Shown here one piece after another: positions 24,457 through 38,608 of a DNA stretch of 64,000 bases (its first letter is position 1; every line of letters starts with the position of its first letter). The translations under genes and the position numbers were made by a program. The DNA comes from Octopus vulgaris (lineage: Eukaryota): the NCBI GenBank assembly GCA_951406725.2, contig OX597822.1, positions 95,728,001 to 95,792,000 on the forward strand, in the 5' to 3' direction. Under the pieces are notes generated by a model. The model did not search any database. It saw nothing but the letters and a program-made list of their open reading frames with translations, and was not told where the DNA came from.

Positions 24457-25645
24457 ACTAGCACTATAACCCGGCCTTGCCCGGGATTAAGTTACGACTA
24501 TTAAGCTAATCAAGTTTTATTTCAAACCAAACTAAGTAATATCGACGTCAAATTTGGGCGAAATCTGTTGAAATTGGTTTATATATATTGCATACATTTT
24601 TTGCACGCATAGATGTTCATAAACAGAAATGAATGGCAAAAATGTTGGTAAATTTGTAGATCAACACTCGCACGACTTTCATTAAGAAAAAAAAATCGGT
24701 TTTCTTGCGTGGAATCAACTACTCTGGCCTCCTAATATGATACAAAACCCTTTTTGTGGTCCGTAAAACGGAGTGGGGTGTGTATATTGTGTAATTCACT
24801 GACAAACTTTTACCTACCTCTTTATTTCTTTGTTGTTAAATAAATTGATTCTCAACAAAACATTTTTTTACTCGGCTTAAAATAAAAACAAAACTCTTTC
24901 GCACCCAAAGCAACGTGTATGAGAGAGAGAGAGAGAGGGAGTAGAAAGATGAACGATTTGAAATAAATAAATGATTGAAAATAAATATATTGTAATTATT
25001 GTGTGAGAAAGTATATCTAATCTGATTATAAAATAGTGTCAAAAATATCCTAAATTTGAACACTATATCTCGTGTTTAAGAAAAAAACAAAACATTTTAC
25101 ATTTTATTTTTTATGAACACTGTCAAACTCTCCCTCCCTTTCTCTCTCTCACTTTGTCATTACCTTTTTTTGTTAGACTCTGTCAAATCCTCTACCTCTC
25201 TTCCACTTTTCTTTACCCTGTTTTTTTTTGTTAGACGCTCTCAAACTATCCCCCACTCTTCCTTACACATACTTTTTCTTTACTTCTTTTGTTAGACGTT
25301 GTGAAACACTCTCTCTCCCTCACATACACACACACACACATACATCAACACACAACTTCTCTCTCTCCCTCACACACACACACTTTCGCTTGGCTATGGC
25401 TAGAAGGGACTTAACTCATGTTAGCAACCTTCAAAATAGGTAAAAGCTATGGCTGAAATTAGATTTTTACCGCTATCCGCGGGTGCCTCGGGAAAAAAAT
25501 AAGTTGACAAAACCCAGGTAGGATGTTGACGAATGTCCTCCTAAAAGTGGAGCGACATGCGTGCTAATTTATGGACGTGCATACATGACAATTACATATA
25601 CACACACACACAAACACACACATCATGCCTTTTATAGATACAGAT
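24457..25645 (+). mobile_element. Helentron-associated non-autonomous (HINE/Lep1-like) element
   Basis: 5' actagc..acccggccttgcccggg hairpin motif; internal ~65-bp CT-rich tandem units (25110-25330); (CA)n near the 3' end; ends ttttatagatacagat. Confidence 0.5.
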
Positions 25646-25673
25646 ATTATATTATATTATATCATACACACAG

Positions 25674-25729
<56 letters not shown>

Positions 25730-26554
25730 GAAAAATTATATATAAGATACATTTTTATGCATCTTGAATTATGCTTGCACTGACGATTAAAAAGTGCATT
25801 TTGTGCGCTAATTATGAAATCATATAATATGCAGCTGAATTCTGTATTGAAAATGCTTGCTTCGAGAGTTGCATTCCCTCGAGTTCGGTACAATGTGTTT
25901 ATATATTATGGTAGTTTTGACTGTAAGAGACCCTGCAAGCGCGAGTCATTTATGTATAGTAATGCCCTTAATATAAATAAAAGAATATATATATATATAT
26001 ATATATATATCAGTGGCAACTCGGGCACTCGGGTTTAGCTCGAGTATAAATTTAATAAAGTGAGCGAGTATTTGCAAGTATGTTATTGCAGCCAATACCT
26101 CGGGCTCTTTTTATTGAGCCTGGTCGCAGTTCAGCGTCTGGTGGTCATCTTAAAGGTGCCCTGTGTCAAAAAATATTTGTAGCAGACATTCTCTCGACAT
26201 CATTCAAGCCCGCCCGACCCGGGCTCAGACGTTACAGCCCGAGTTGTTATCTATGATCGTAGAAATTAAAAGTAATTCAAATTCAAAGTTTTCTTGAAAC
26301 AATAAATTTCTGTAGAGATTAGGATTTAAATTCCAGTCTATGAAAATTTTCCGTTCTACAATATTCTTAAAGGAACGAAAAATTACCCAGCAACTCGGGC
26401 TAATACGAACGAGCTTGGTAGGTAGGTATAAAAAGACTAACTGGCATATCTTGTCAAGAGCACAGGCGAAAGTCAGATCGCTGATGTTTGTTGTTACTCC
26501 GCTGACGTTTTTGACTGCCGTTATTCTGTGTGTCTGTGTGTAAAGATCAGTGGT

Positions 26555-26924
26555 TAGAGGAGGCGCAATAGCCAAGTGGTTAGGGCAGCGGACTCGCGAT
26601 CATAGGATCGCGGTTTTGATTCCCAGACCGGGCGTTATGAGTGTTTATTGACCGAAAACACCTAAAGCTCCACGAGGCTCCTGCAGGGGATGGTGGTGAT
26701 CTCTGCTGTACTCTTTCACCACAACTTTCTCTCACTCTTACTTCCTGTTTCTGTTGTACCTTGTCACTCTCTGTGTCACGCTGAATATCCCCGAGAACTA
26801 CGTTAAGGGTACACGTATCTGTGGAGTGCTCAGCCACTTACACGTTAATTTCACGAGCAGGCTGTTCCGTTGATTCGGATCAACCGGAACCCTCGACGTC
26901 GTAACCGACGGAGTGCTTCCATCC
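26555..26924 (+). mobile_element. SINE family A with a small internal deletion
   Basis: TSD aaagatcagtggt (26542-26554 / 26925-26937). Confidence 0.95.
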
Positions 26925-27111
26925 AAAGATCAGTGGTGTTTTGTAGGGTTGTTTAATTTTTACTCTTAACTTAGAAATAGAGAAAGACAGAGCTAGATAT
27001 AAAAAAGATAAGCCATTTAGGGCTAGGAATAAAGCAGAAAAACGTGAAATTCTTCGAGTGTCTTATGCGAAATCTGTGATGAGACCCAGTGACGCTGATG
27101 ACCTGGAGTCG

Positions 27112-27191
<80 letters not shown>

Positions 27192-27276
27192 CGGTGCGAA
27201 TGTAATGCAATATTAAAAATTTGCTACATGGTAGAAATAAAGCAATTCTTAATACAAAAAGATGTGTAGCCACTAC

Positions 27277-27644
27277 ATATGTAGGATCAGATATACAATA
27301 TATGTAGGATCAGATATACAACATATGTAGGATCAGATATACAATATATGTACGATCAGATATACAACATATGTAGGATCAGATATACAATATATGTAGG
27401 ATCACATATACAACATATGTAGGATCACATATACAACATATGTAGGATCAGATATGCAATATATGTAGGATCAGATATACAACATATGTAGGATCAGATA
27501 TACAATATATGTAGGATCACATATACAATATATGTAGGATCAGATATACAACATATGTAGGATCAGATATACAACATATGTAGGATCAGATATACAATAT
27601 ATGTAGGATCAGATACACAACATATGTAGGATCAGATATACAAC
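27277..27644. repeat. 23-bp minisatellite (atatgtaggatcagatatacaac), about 16 copies
   Basis: Contiguous tandem units with no spacers; caat/caac and gat/cat variants. Confidence 0.95.
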
Positions 27645-28939
27645 TTTGGCCTCGATTTTATACTGAATCTTCTACATGTTAATGTTGGATATCTGGCCTA
27701 ATCTCAGCGTTTCTTATCCCCTTTTGAGTAAGGTGTTCGAATGGTTTGCTTTTGATTCTTTCATTACTGATAAAATATAGTAAGATATAATAAAATAAAG
27801 TACAAATCAGGTATTGCCGCGGTAAAATATAATTGCCTGTTCGCTGAACCCAAATTTTAGGCTTCTATCTAGTCATACTTTTTTCATTTTTCCGAGGTTA
27901 CAATTATTTTAATGGTGATCCCGTAGATGTCAGGATCACTCACAATGTAGCACTGAGTCCTCTCTTATTAAGTTAAGAGAACTACTCCCACTAAAGCCAA
28001 CTATAATTGCCATCTTCTTCAAATCGATAAAACAAGTTTCCGTTCATGTCTGAAGTCCATTAAATCGAATATGCCACTTCCCAAGAAGAGAGTGATTTTT
28101 TTTTAAACACGTCTCATAAATGAAGGAAAGACAAATGAAATTTAAAAGAAATGTCTGGTTTTGCAGCAACACCATATATTAAAGCAAAATGAATAAAGAA
28201 AGTGTAACTGTTTTTCTAGATTCCTTACCTCATTTCTTCCCTTTTTACAGTTCGATGTCTTTTTACTTGCTTGCCTTTTCCTTTATTGCATTGGGCAGTT
28301 GTATATATCTAATACTTTTCTCAATAAATTTGTTGTTCCTAAGAAAGTATTTATTTCCGAATCATCTGTCTTAAGTTTAGTTCTGAACTTAATAATCACT
28401 GCCAGTTATCTTACGACTTGCGTAACTGAATATATTAAATCATCACTTTTAGATATCTTTCTTGTACCATCATCGTGATTCTCCCCTCCTCAGGGTTTCT
28501 ATAATAATCATATGTAGTTTCCATTCTCTATACATGGCCGCAATAGATATAAAAATCCCAATGAATTTTGATGCCTTGAAAGTAAATTATATTGAAGTGA
28601 CTTTGTTCCTATAATTTCTATACAATTTCTTCTTTATACATTTCAGCATCAACCTAAAAATGCAATCCGTTTTACGTTGTCGTGTCATAACTGATATTCA
28701 CTCAGAGAGACATATTTTACAAAATATACTTACCAAAAGAATGCGCCACATTTTCAATAATTTAGCCTACACATCTAACATATTAAGGGTTCATTGGTCA
28801 TGTTGAAAATGCTAATACTCTATTTTAAAAAGAGAATCGCATTTCTTGGTCCCTTCATCATCCAGATCAATACGCGTCTCAAATCTTATAATCGCTTGCG
28901 GTCAAATACATAATTTAGATAATGTTATACATAGTACTG

Positions 28940-29152
28940 AGTTCAAATTTTAGCATAAGGCCAGTAATTTCACGGGTGGGGGGAGCCGATTACATCGATT
29001 CCAGTGCTCAACTGGTAACTATCTTACCAATCCGTAAAGGATGAAAGGTAAAGTCGAACTCAGCAGAGTTTAAAGTCAGAGTGTAAAGACGGATGAGATG
29101 CTACTAAGCATTTTCCTCGGAGTGCTATCGATTCTACCAGCTCATCGCCTCA
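28940..29152 (-). mobile_element. SINE family C, old copy
   Basis: Diverged reverse match including aaggcgatgagctggtagaatcg head. Confidence 0.7.
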
Positions 29153-29571
29153 AAGCTACACTTAGTATTTAAAGATATTCCTTGTTCAAATAAGCATGAA
29201 TATTTTACCTCCCAGGTACAATAAACTGTGTAACGAGAAGATAAAGAAAAAGACAAGGAGACTGGAAAGAGATAAAGAAAAGTAATAACAGTTTAAAAGA
29301 AGAAAACGTACAGTAAGTCTGCTGTGTATGTATTTTTATCTACAGTTCCATCAGATACTTGAAACTACTTATTTCTCACGTGTGCAAACTATTTTACAAA
29401 AACCTACATTGGGTAAAACATTCAATTCTGCTGTTCGTAAGGGAAATATATTATTTTTCACTTAAATATTTGTTTTTATACAATTCAAAAAAATTAGTGA
29501 CAAAAAAAAAAACGGGATGAGAAGTTTTAGTGTTAATAAAAAATAATTCACTGAAATATCTGGTGTTCCTA

Positions 29572-29584
29572 CACACGCACGCAC

Positions 29585-29650
<66 letters not shown>

Positions 29651-29815
29651 TGTGCGTGTATATATACACACATATGTATATGTGTATACGCGCGCACACA
29701 CAACAGACACACACACACACACATACACACACACACACATATATATATATGTGTATGTATGTATATGTATATGTATATACGGGCATGCGTACACACACAC
29801 ACACACACATACATG
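29572..29815. repeat. (CA)n/(TA)n microsatellite
   Basis: Directly visible. Confidence 0.95.
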
Positions 29816-30440
29816 AGTATATGTTCTCTTTTTTCTACTATATTTTCTACCGTATTTTCTGTGGCATTTTTCTGCAAAAAAGTTCTCAGGAACTATATAT
29901 GCAAGTCAAGTGCTTTGTTAAGTTTTAGTATAATTTTGTTCAGCAGTAATTTTTAACTTGTAAAACTGCAAAACCGGAGACGGTTTTGTAATTTTACAAT
30001 ATGAAAAATATGAAAAATATTAGATAATTCTTCAAATTTATGTACACCCGTCTTTTGTATTTACAGACTATGCGCCATATATTTATTTTAATTGATAAAG
30101 AAAATCTAAAAATCGTCTTAGACAAAGAATAGGTTTGAAGAAAATAGTGGCCGTCCTCATAATTCCCTAAGAAGAGTTAAGAATTATACAATTATCACAA
30201 TTTTGGTTACACAATAATTCAACCTATTGTCTGTCCAAAACATTTCCATAAATTTGTAAAAACATCCAAGCTCGCTTCCAGACTTTTAGCTTCTCCTTGT
30301 TTCATGCGTTCTGATTAATATAAAGCTTTCTGTTCATAACTCCGTAATTACTCAGGTGGCTAAGAAAAATTGGACGTGTGTATTACACATTATGCATGGA
30401 CGCCAAGGAACTATGTCCTGTATATCACATGTGATACACC

Positions 30441-30762
30441 GGACAGATGCGTGGTATAATGGCAAGTGTATTCGGTTTACGATCGTAAGTCATGAGTTCG
30501 ATATCGGGCGGCGTGTTGTGTCCTTCAGCAAGACACCTTATTTCACATTGCTCTGGTCCATTCAGCTAGCAAATGCGAATAGTACCTGTACTTTTAAGGG
30601 CCGGTCTTGTCGCATTCTGTGTAACGTTGAATGTCATTGAGAACTACGTTGAGGTACACGTGTCTGTGGAGCGCTTGAGCACTTGCATGTTAATTTCATG
30701 ATCAGGAAGTTATGTTGACTGGACCATCTGGGACACTCGTCCTGTCGTTGTAAGCGACGGAG
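30441..30762 (+). mobile_element. Chimeric SINE: D-type head and CORE with family A 3' part
   Basis: tgtgtccttcagcaagacaccttatttcac (CORE) then aagggccggtcttgtc..gagaactacgtt..tacacgtgtctgtggag (family A 3' part). Confidence 0.75.
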
Positions 30763-30820
30763 GAGAGGAAAACGGAGTGTTAGTTACACTGGACAAAGGG
30801 CTACGATAAAAAAAAATATA

Positions 30821-31249
30821 GGATCTTTTCAGTTTGAAGGGCAGTTTTTTCTAGCGGTGTCATATGAAATTGTCACCCATAATTATGACCCTAGTATCGA
30901 TCTATTGCATTTCAATCTGTTTTAGGGTTAGGGTTAAAGTTAGGGTTAGGGTTAGGGTTAGGGGTGGGGGGAAGGGTGTCTTTTTTTCTTCAGAAATGTA
31001 AATAAACCCAATCTGTTTCTTAAACGAGGGACATATTCATACGGCACAGAATTTTTTTCACCTCAATAGACGTCATTGATTGGTTGAAATTGAAGAAAAA
31101 AAACAACAAATATTTTACAAACTATAGAATTTTCTCAATAAAGCCAAGAGAAAAAGATGTTTTAGAAACACATTCTACCAGTATACGAAGTTTAAAAATG
31201 TTTAGTTACGTGGAAATTATTTTAAAAAACTGCCCGCCAAACCGAAACG

Positions 31250-31253
<4 letters not shown>
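30821..31253. mobile_element. Merlin-like MITE copy 3 with internal (TTAGGG)n
   Basis: Same TIRs as 19153 and 20409; ttaggg units at 30922-30962. Confidence 0.9.
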
Positions 31254-31312
<59 letters not shown>

Positions 31313-31770
31313 GGAAGGACACTGTCTGCAGGTGCAGAAGACTATGTGTAAATTACGTCATTGTAGTAATGGAACAAAAATTAGTGCTGGCAATAATTTC
31401 TATAGAGTATCTGCAGAGATGACTTTGATTAGTGATGTAAAGCGCTCTGCTAACGCAGCAGAACGCGTTATTGAGTTATAAATACGTTTAATATACTTTA
31501 GAGTATATGATAATTGCATAATACTGCGTCATTAATATATGCATAATACAAGTCATTAATATATGCAAATTCTACTATGTTTGCATAAAAGGCATTGCAA
31601 AATTTCAAAAGCAAAGAGGACAGACTTAAAACTACTACCGAACAAAATTATATTACCATGGCGATTTTACAAAACACTAGACTTGAATATAAGTTCTTGA
31701 ATAAGAATATTTTTATCGAAAAAAGTTACACAGAATTAAAATACAGCAGAAAAAAATACAAACCGAATAT

Positions 31771-32151
31771 GGGTGGAAGCACTCTGTCGGTTACGACGAC
31801 GAGGGTTCCGGTTGATCCGATCAACGGAACAGCCTGCTCGTGAAATTAACGTGTAAGTGGCTGAGCATTCCACAGACACGTGTACCCTTAACGTAGTTCT
31901 CGGGGATATTAAGCTCGACACAGAGAGTGACAAAGGCCGGCCCTTTGAAATACAGGTACAACAGAAACAGGAAGTAAGAGAAAGAGTGAGAGAAAGAGTA
32001 CAGCAGGGATCACCACCATCCCCTGCCGGAGCCTCGAGGAGCTTTAGGTGTTTTCGCTCAATAAACACTCACAACGCCCGATCTGGGAATCGAAACCGCG
32101 ATCCTACGACCGCGAGTTCGCTGCCCTAACCACTGGGCCATTGCGCCTCCA
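31771..32151 (-). mobile_element. SINE family A, full length
   Basis: Reverse match; TSD caaac(c/t)gaatat. Confidence 0.95.
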
Positions 32152-32162
32152 CAAACTGAATA

Positions 32163-32550
32163 TATGACTCTGTGCTTAAGAAGCTTGCTTTTAATCATGT
32201 GGTTTCTAATTAAATCCCATTGCGCTGCGTTTAGGGAAATATATTTTACTTTAGCGACGGGTCGACTAAAGATTTGGGAGTGAATCTGGTTTACGGAAAA
32301 GGTATAGATGCCCGTGTTAAATATATAAATGTATGTATGTATGTATGTTTGTATGTGTATGTGTGTATGCATGCGTGAGTGTGCCAGTGTATGCATGTGC
32401 ATGTGTGTGTGTGTACGAAGCCTGTATGTTTAGGCTTGTCCCCCACCATCATTGCGTGACAACTGGTGTCGCACTTTGTTTAAAGACCCCGTAACTTAGC
32501 GGTTTGGCAAAATGGGAAGTACCAGACTTAAAAAATCATAAGTACAAGGG
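32163..32550 (+). mobile_element. SINE family B, old copy
   Basis: aagaagcttgctt..catgtggtt..cccattgcgc..ccccgtaacttagcggtttggcaaa. Confidence 0.6.
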
Positions 32551-32584
32551 TGCTAATATTTCAGCCGTTGGATACTGTCAAATG

Positions 32585-33125
<541 letters not shown>

Positions 33126-34065
33126 TACAAAGCACAGTTGTTTAATGCAATAAAACAGGTTTAATAACTGGTTGTAATTTATGATCAAATTCATTGGTGA
33201 CGTCCACCATCATAAAACAGCAGCTGTGGGAAATAATAGATGACTGAGCAGTGTTTGTTTATAAAACTGTCACATGACGTATCAGGAGTTAAACCGAGCA
33301 GCCAGTGAAAATCATTTTACACATTACAAGGCTATAGCGTATCAGTTAAACAAAACAGTCATAATATGGTAATATTTTCTACAAAAACCAACACTGTTAA
33401 CGTGGCCGACGTACTCTCTCGAATTGCTAAAAATAACAGCCTAATCGCAGTCAAAAGCAGCATTTCTCAAATTTCACAATCGTCACTGTTTTCTTGATAT
33501 TTATATAGAGAATAATTTTCGACCTATATTAAAATGAGAAAATATTGGAAAAATATTTATCAGTCCTTCTTTATGATAAATAGTATTTAATTACTCATAC
33601 GTTTATGATTTATTATCTTCGAAAGAAATTCAGGAACATTTTAAATTTAATTTGATTTCATCGTAGCAGGCAACCAAAATTTCAATAATTTACCCAATTA
33701 AAAAGCGCCAAATATAATATCTATTATTCTGAAAATGAAATTAGAAGTGAAATTAATAACTTTCCAATGTTTTCACCCTGTTTGTATTTAAATTGAAAAT
33801 ATTTTGTATAAGAAATACTAATTTAAATGTAGAAACAATTTAAGTTAAAAATTTTACCACCTTGCTATCAACAAAGTGATGGTTATCAAACTAGTAATGA
33901 TAATAATGAGAAGGAAAATAATTTTGTATAGTAATCGTCTTAGATATAACCCCAGTCTCTCATTAACAAGAATAATGGATTGAATAATCCTATGGATTGT
34001 TCCTAGACACTCTAAGCGCCTGGCAGTCCTCTCCTTTTCGAAGTAGAATGGCTACAAACGACTAA

Positions 34066-36260
34066 CACAACGTAACAATTTTTAAAAACAAAATTGTTTA
34101 TTGTACTTTTTTAATTGTTTATCAATCCATTGTTTCTGCTGATTCCAAAAATGAAGTTATTTTTTGTGTATCACCAACAGTTAAAAAAATATGTCGACTT
34201 TCAATGTTATTATATATTCGGTATTGTTATAATGTTTCGCTACTAAATGTATGCTTAATTTTCTCTTTCAGACCAATTACTAAGTTCTGCTACTTTACTT
34301 TCAGGATGGCTACTAGAGTATATAAAAATCCTCCAGATACATTTTGCTGTGTGGTTATTATATTGAAAAAAAGCAGGTATTACATAAGATCGTGAAAGGT
34401 GCCAAATTGTGGATAGCGTACAGACTCTATTTCGGAATACCCATAGGTGACCAGGACAAACCATGGGCCCCACATGTGATATGTGGAAGCTGTTGATCTA
34501 CTCTAGAAGGATGGTCATGAGGTACAGGAAGGTCAATGCCTTTTGCCATTGCAAGGGTATGGAGAGAGTCAAAGAACCATCACGATGACTGTTACTTTTG
34601 TATGATCGATGTGACAAAGTACAGAAAAGTGACAGGAAGACAAGCCCTTCAGTATCCAGACATACCACCATCTAGAGCACCTGTCCCACATGATGACAGT
34701 TTACGAGTACCACTACCACCAGAAAATATTTCATCTGAAGAGTCAAGTAGCAGCAGCCAAGAAATGGAAGAAACTTTCGTACCAAGAACGACTTTGGAGC
34801 CTCACTTTCCGAATCAGAGTGAGCTACATGATTTAATCAGAGATCTGGGTTTTACTGAGTCAGGAGCTGAACTTCTTTCATCAAGGTTGAAGAAATGGAA
34901 TCTACTGGGGGAAGACTGCAAGACATCTGTGCACCGGAAACGCCATGAAAAATTTGAAATTTACTATGAAAATATTAATGATCTGTGTTATTGTAAAGAT
35001 GTGATTAGTTTGTTTACTGCTATTGGACTGAAGCATGATTCTGCAGAATGGTGACTGTTTATAGATAGCTCAACACAAAGTCTCAAAGTAGTGTTGCTCC
35101 ACAATAGAAATAAATATCCTTCTTTGCCTCTTGCGCACGCCATACAGAAGAAAGAAAATTACGGTAATGTCAAAGAACTTCTCGACAAAATAAATTACGC
35201 TGAGTTCAAGTAGGATGTTTGAGGTGATTTCAAGATTTTTGTCTTCTTGCTTGGCTTGCAAGGGGGATACACAAAGTATTCATGTTTCCTTTGCTTATGG
35301 GACAGCAGAGCTGATAATGATCATTACAAGAGAGTGCATTAGCCCCCACAAGTGGAACTGCAGCCAGGACATGTTAAATGTTCTCAAACAGCCTCTAGTA
35401 GATTCCAAGAAAATCTTATTACCCCCACTTCATATCAAACTCGGATTGTTAAAACAGTTTGCGAAGGCCTTAGATTTTTTCTTATGTTTCCAAAGCTATC
35501 TGAGGTTAAGATCAAGGGTGGCGTATTTGTTGGGCCCCAAGTAAATAAAATGTTAAAGTCGAAGAAACTGGAAAAAGCAATGACAAAAGTTGAAAAAGAA
35601 GCGTGGTGTGCATTTCGTGATGTAGTTCGTGGATTCCTAGGAAATCACAAGGATCCTAATCGCAAACAGCTGGTAGCAAAGCTTATTGAAAACTTCAAGA
35701 AAATGGGTTGTCGCATATCCTTAAAGATTCATTTTTTGCACTCTCACCTAGATTTTTCCCCCGAAAACTTGGGTGATGCCAGTGAGAAGCATGGTGAGAG
35801 ATTTCATCAGAACATCGCAACTATGGAAAGAAGATACCAAGGACGATCGGATACTGCTATGATGGGAGATTATATATGGTCTTTAGTCAGAAGAGATTAA
35901 GGTATATACTCCAGAAAATCTCGATCATCAAAGCACTTCTCATCTTAAGAAAAGAGTTATCAAGGCATTCACAGTGCAGAGCTTTATTGTTTCTTTTTGA
36001 TCTAACTAATATTATACTTCCTAAATACCTTTCAATATATGAAAAAGTACTAAATGTTGTGTAATTATCCTTACAATACTAGAATAGATTGAACCAACAA
36101 AGTGCTGTAGAGAAAAGTTACAAATATAACGAACAATATGAAATTAGGAATAAATAAATAACTGTCGATGTTACGTCAAAACGAATGTGATTTTTGAATT
36201 TAGTGGCAAAAAATGCATATATGAACATTAAAAAATACAAATAAACAAAATGGACCGGAT
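34066..36260 (+). mobile_element. CMC/Chapaev-type DNA transposon, decayed
   Basis: Left terminus CACAACGTAACAA; subterminal similarity between 34125-34185 and 36160-36215; right terminus not identified. Confidence 0.7.
34306..35900 (+). pseudogene. Chapaev-type transposase pseudogene
   Basis: MATRVYKNPPDTFC..GDQDKPWAPHVICGSC*..WRESKNHHDDCYFC..LFIDSSTQSLKVVLLHN..ILLPPLHIKLGL..GFLGNHK..HFLHSHLDFSPENLGDASEKHGERFHQNI; several stops and frameshifts. Confidence 0.85.
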
Positions 36261-36441
36261 TACTGGACACTCGAAACTTTAGAAACATTGTTCGGGAATT
36301 CCTGGTAGAGTACTGAAATAGTTGTTTAGACTCACAAGATAAAAATATTGTAATCATACTCCTCTTCATCATCTTCCTCCTACTCTTCTTCTTTTTCCTC
36401 ATTCTCATCAGCTTCATTTCTAGCACTAGTATTGTCAATGG

Positions 36442-36743
36442 TATTTCTTTGGTTGTTCCTTCTCGAGCCATGCCTGGCTCATAAGGGCCGGTTTCTTGAC
36501 GTATAGCTTCCCCACCTGGACGGGACGCCGGTCCGTCGCAGGTGAGCTGCAAAATGCAGGAGGAAAGAGTGAGAGAAAGTTGTGGCGAAAGAGTCAGCAG
36601 GAGTTCGCCATTACCTTCTGCCGGAGTTGCGTGGAGCTTAGGCGTTTCGCTCATAAACACACACATCACCCGGTCTGAGATTCGAACCCGCGATCCCTCG
36701 ACCGCGAGTCCACTGCTCTAACCACTAAGCCATGTGTCTCCAC
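36442..36743 (-). mobile_element. Chimeric SINE: family A-like head/body with a different (V-domain-like) 3' part
   Basis: Perfect 14-bp TSD agtattgtcaatgg (36428-36441 / 36744-36757); after the A-like body comes cctgcgacggaccggcgtcccgtccagg..gaaaccggccc. Confidence 0.85.
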
Positions 36744-38151
36744 AGTATTGTCAATGGAACTAACGAACCCGAAGAAAGTAAAAAAGATCCCAAGCAAGTA
36801 AAAAAAAAAAGAAAAATGTATAGGATAAATGCCGAAATCATAATTATAATTTCAGTAGTTTGAAGTTTATCGCATACTTTCAACGCCTAACACGTGTTTC
36901 TTGTGTTCTTTGTGAAGTGGTAGATATGTATTTTTATTGGATCGGGATTAGTGCCTAGTAATGGTATCTTCTAACTATTGACTTTATGCGTAAATCTTGT
37001 TTTATTTCTTATTTGTTTGTATCATTCCCAATATGTCTATATTTAAGAGAGACTGTGTCTGTTGTGAATGCGCATGATCGTGATATTTTTTTTAATTTTT
37101 GCATATCTATCTTTTTCGGTTTCTCCACATTTTTATATTTGGATATTTTCTTTTCATTTCATTTAGCGATATGTTCTTATCTGTTCGAATGGAAAAAAAT
37201 CGATTGAGACATATAGACACATTTGTTTCCCTTGATGGATTTTCACAAACAATATAAGGGCGACTTTCCTTAATCTTTCTGTCTGTATGAATTGGCATGG
37301 CCAGAACATGATAATTTTTATCGTCTTATGAGACATTCTGTTGTCTGTATTTGTATCATTCCTTTTCTAAGTTAATCCATAATGCTGATAAAAAATTTCC
37401 AATGTGCGAGAGCTCCAATTCTATAACGCTTGCATATGCATTTCCTTTTGACAAAGATATAGCAGTCAAAAACGATGTAAATTAATTATGTTTCGTCAAC
37501 ATCCATTGTATTTTGCTTCATTATATGTGTTTGGTAGTATCTGATGATCAGGCTTTCTTATTGCAACTTAACCAACAATCCTCTGGTCTTCGTTTCAAGT
37601 ACTATGCTTCTCCACTACCCTGTTCCGCCTTGTTAGATATTTTCCATATAAGGGATTTACTTGCCATGGTTAAAGCATGCATTACTATAGTCAGGTTTTT
37701 AACATTGTCATGCCGTTTTGCTCTCGGATTCCCGGTTGAGCGGTAATGAACAGCACACTTAGGAAAAGAAGATGCAGTCGATTGTGTCCATTAGTTTGCC
37801 TGCAATAATTATTCTTGAGCTGTATATGCAACTATTTATTTTTTTTACTCGGGAGCCTAGGTGGTGGGTTAAGTTAGATCCAGGTGCCCAGGTCTGAGAG
37901 GGTTAATATTTCAAAATAATTATGTCATTGTTTCTTATTTCTCTTCGCAGCTATCGACTATTTCCTTTTCTGTATTTGTGGGTTTCCTATAGTACAAAAC
38001 GTTATTGTATTGTTCAGTTCTATAAATATTTGTACTCGTTTGTAATTCGTGGGGTGCACGCAGAACAGCGAGAGTCCAAACAATAATCATCTAAAAGGGT
38101 GTTCTGGGATTGGCGTAAAACAACAGCTATCAGATATTTATGTTTGAATCT

Positions 38152-38573
38152 GCTGGACGAGCTGGCAGAATCGTTAGCACGCTGGACGAAATGTTTAGCG
38201 GTATTTCGTCTGCCGCTACGTTCTGAGTTCAAATTCCGCCGAGGTCGACTTTGCCTTTCATCTTTTCGGGGTCGATAAATTAAGTACCAGTTACGCACTG
38301 GGGTCGATGGAATCGACTTAATACCTATGTCTGTCCTTGTTTGTCCCATCTATGTTTAGCCCCTTGTGGGTAATAAAGAAATAGGTATTTCGTCTGCCGC
38401 TACGTTCTGAGTTCAAATTCCGCCGAGGTCGACTTTGCCTTTCATCTTTTCAGGGTCGATTAAATAAGTACCAGTTGCGAACTGGGGTCGATATAATCAA
38501 CTTAATCCGTTTGTCTGTCCTTGTTTGTCCCCTCTGTGTGTAGCCCCTTGTGGGCAGTAAAGAAATAGGTATT
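38152..38573 (+). mobile_element. SINE family C dimer
   Basis: Core+tail repeated twice with re-entry at aaataggtatttcgtc. Confidence 0.9.
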
Positions 38574-38608
38574 AAGAATGAAAAAATGCTATCTTGTTCT
38601 GCGTGTAA

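Noticed and set aside
27277-27644. Possible CRISPR array
   Set aside because: Contiguous units with no unique spacers, no cas genes, eukaryotic context
30922-30962. (TTAGGG)n as a telomere or fusion scar
   Set aside because: Internal to a MITE present three times in the window
37250-37910. Possible piggyBac end (gagaggg|ttaa)
   Set aside because: No matching left terminus or convincing transposase motif found
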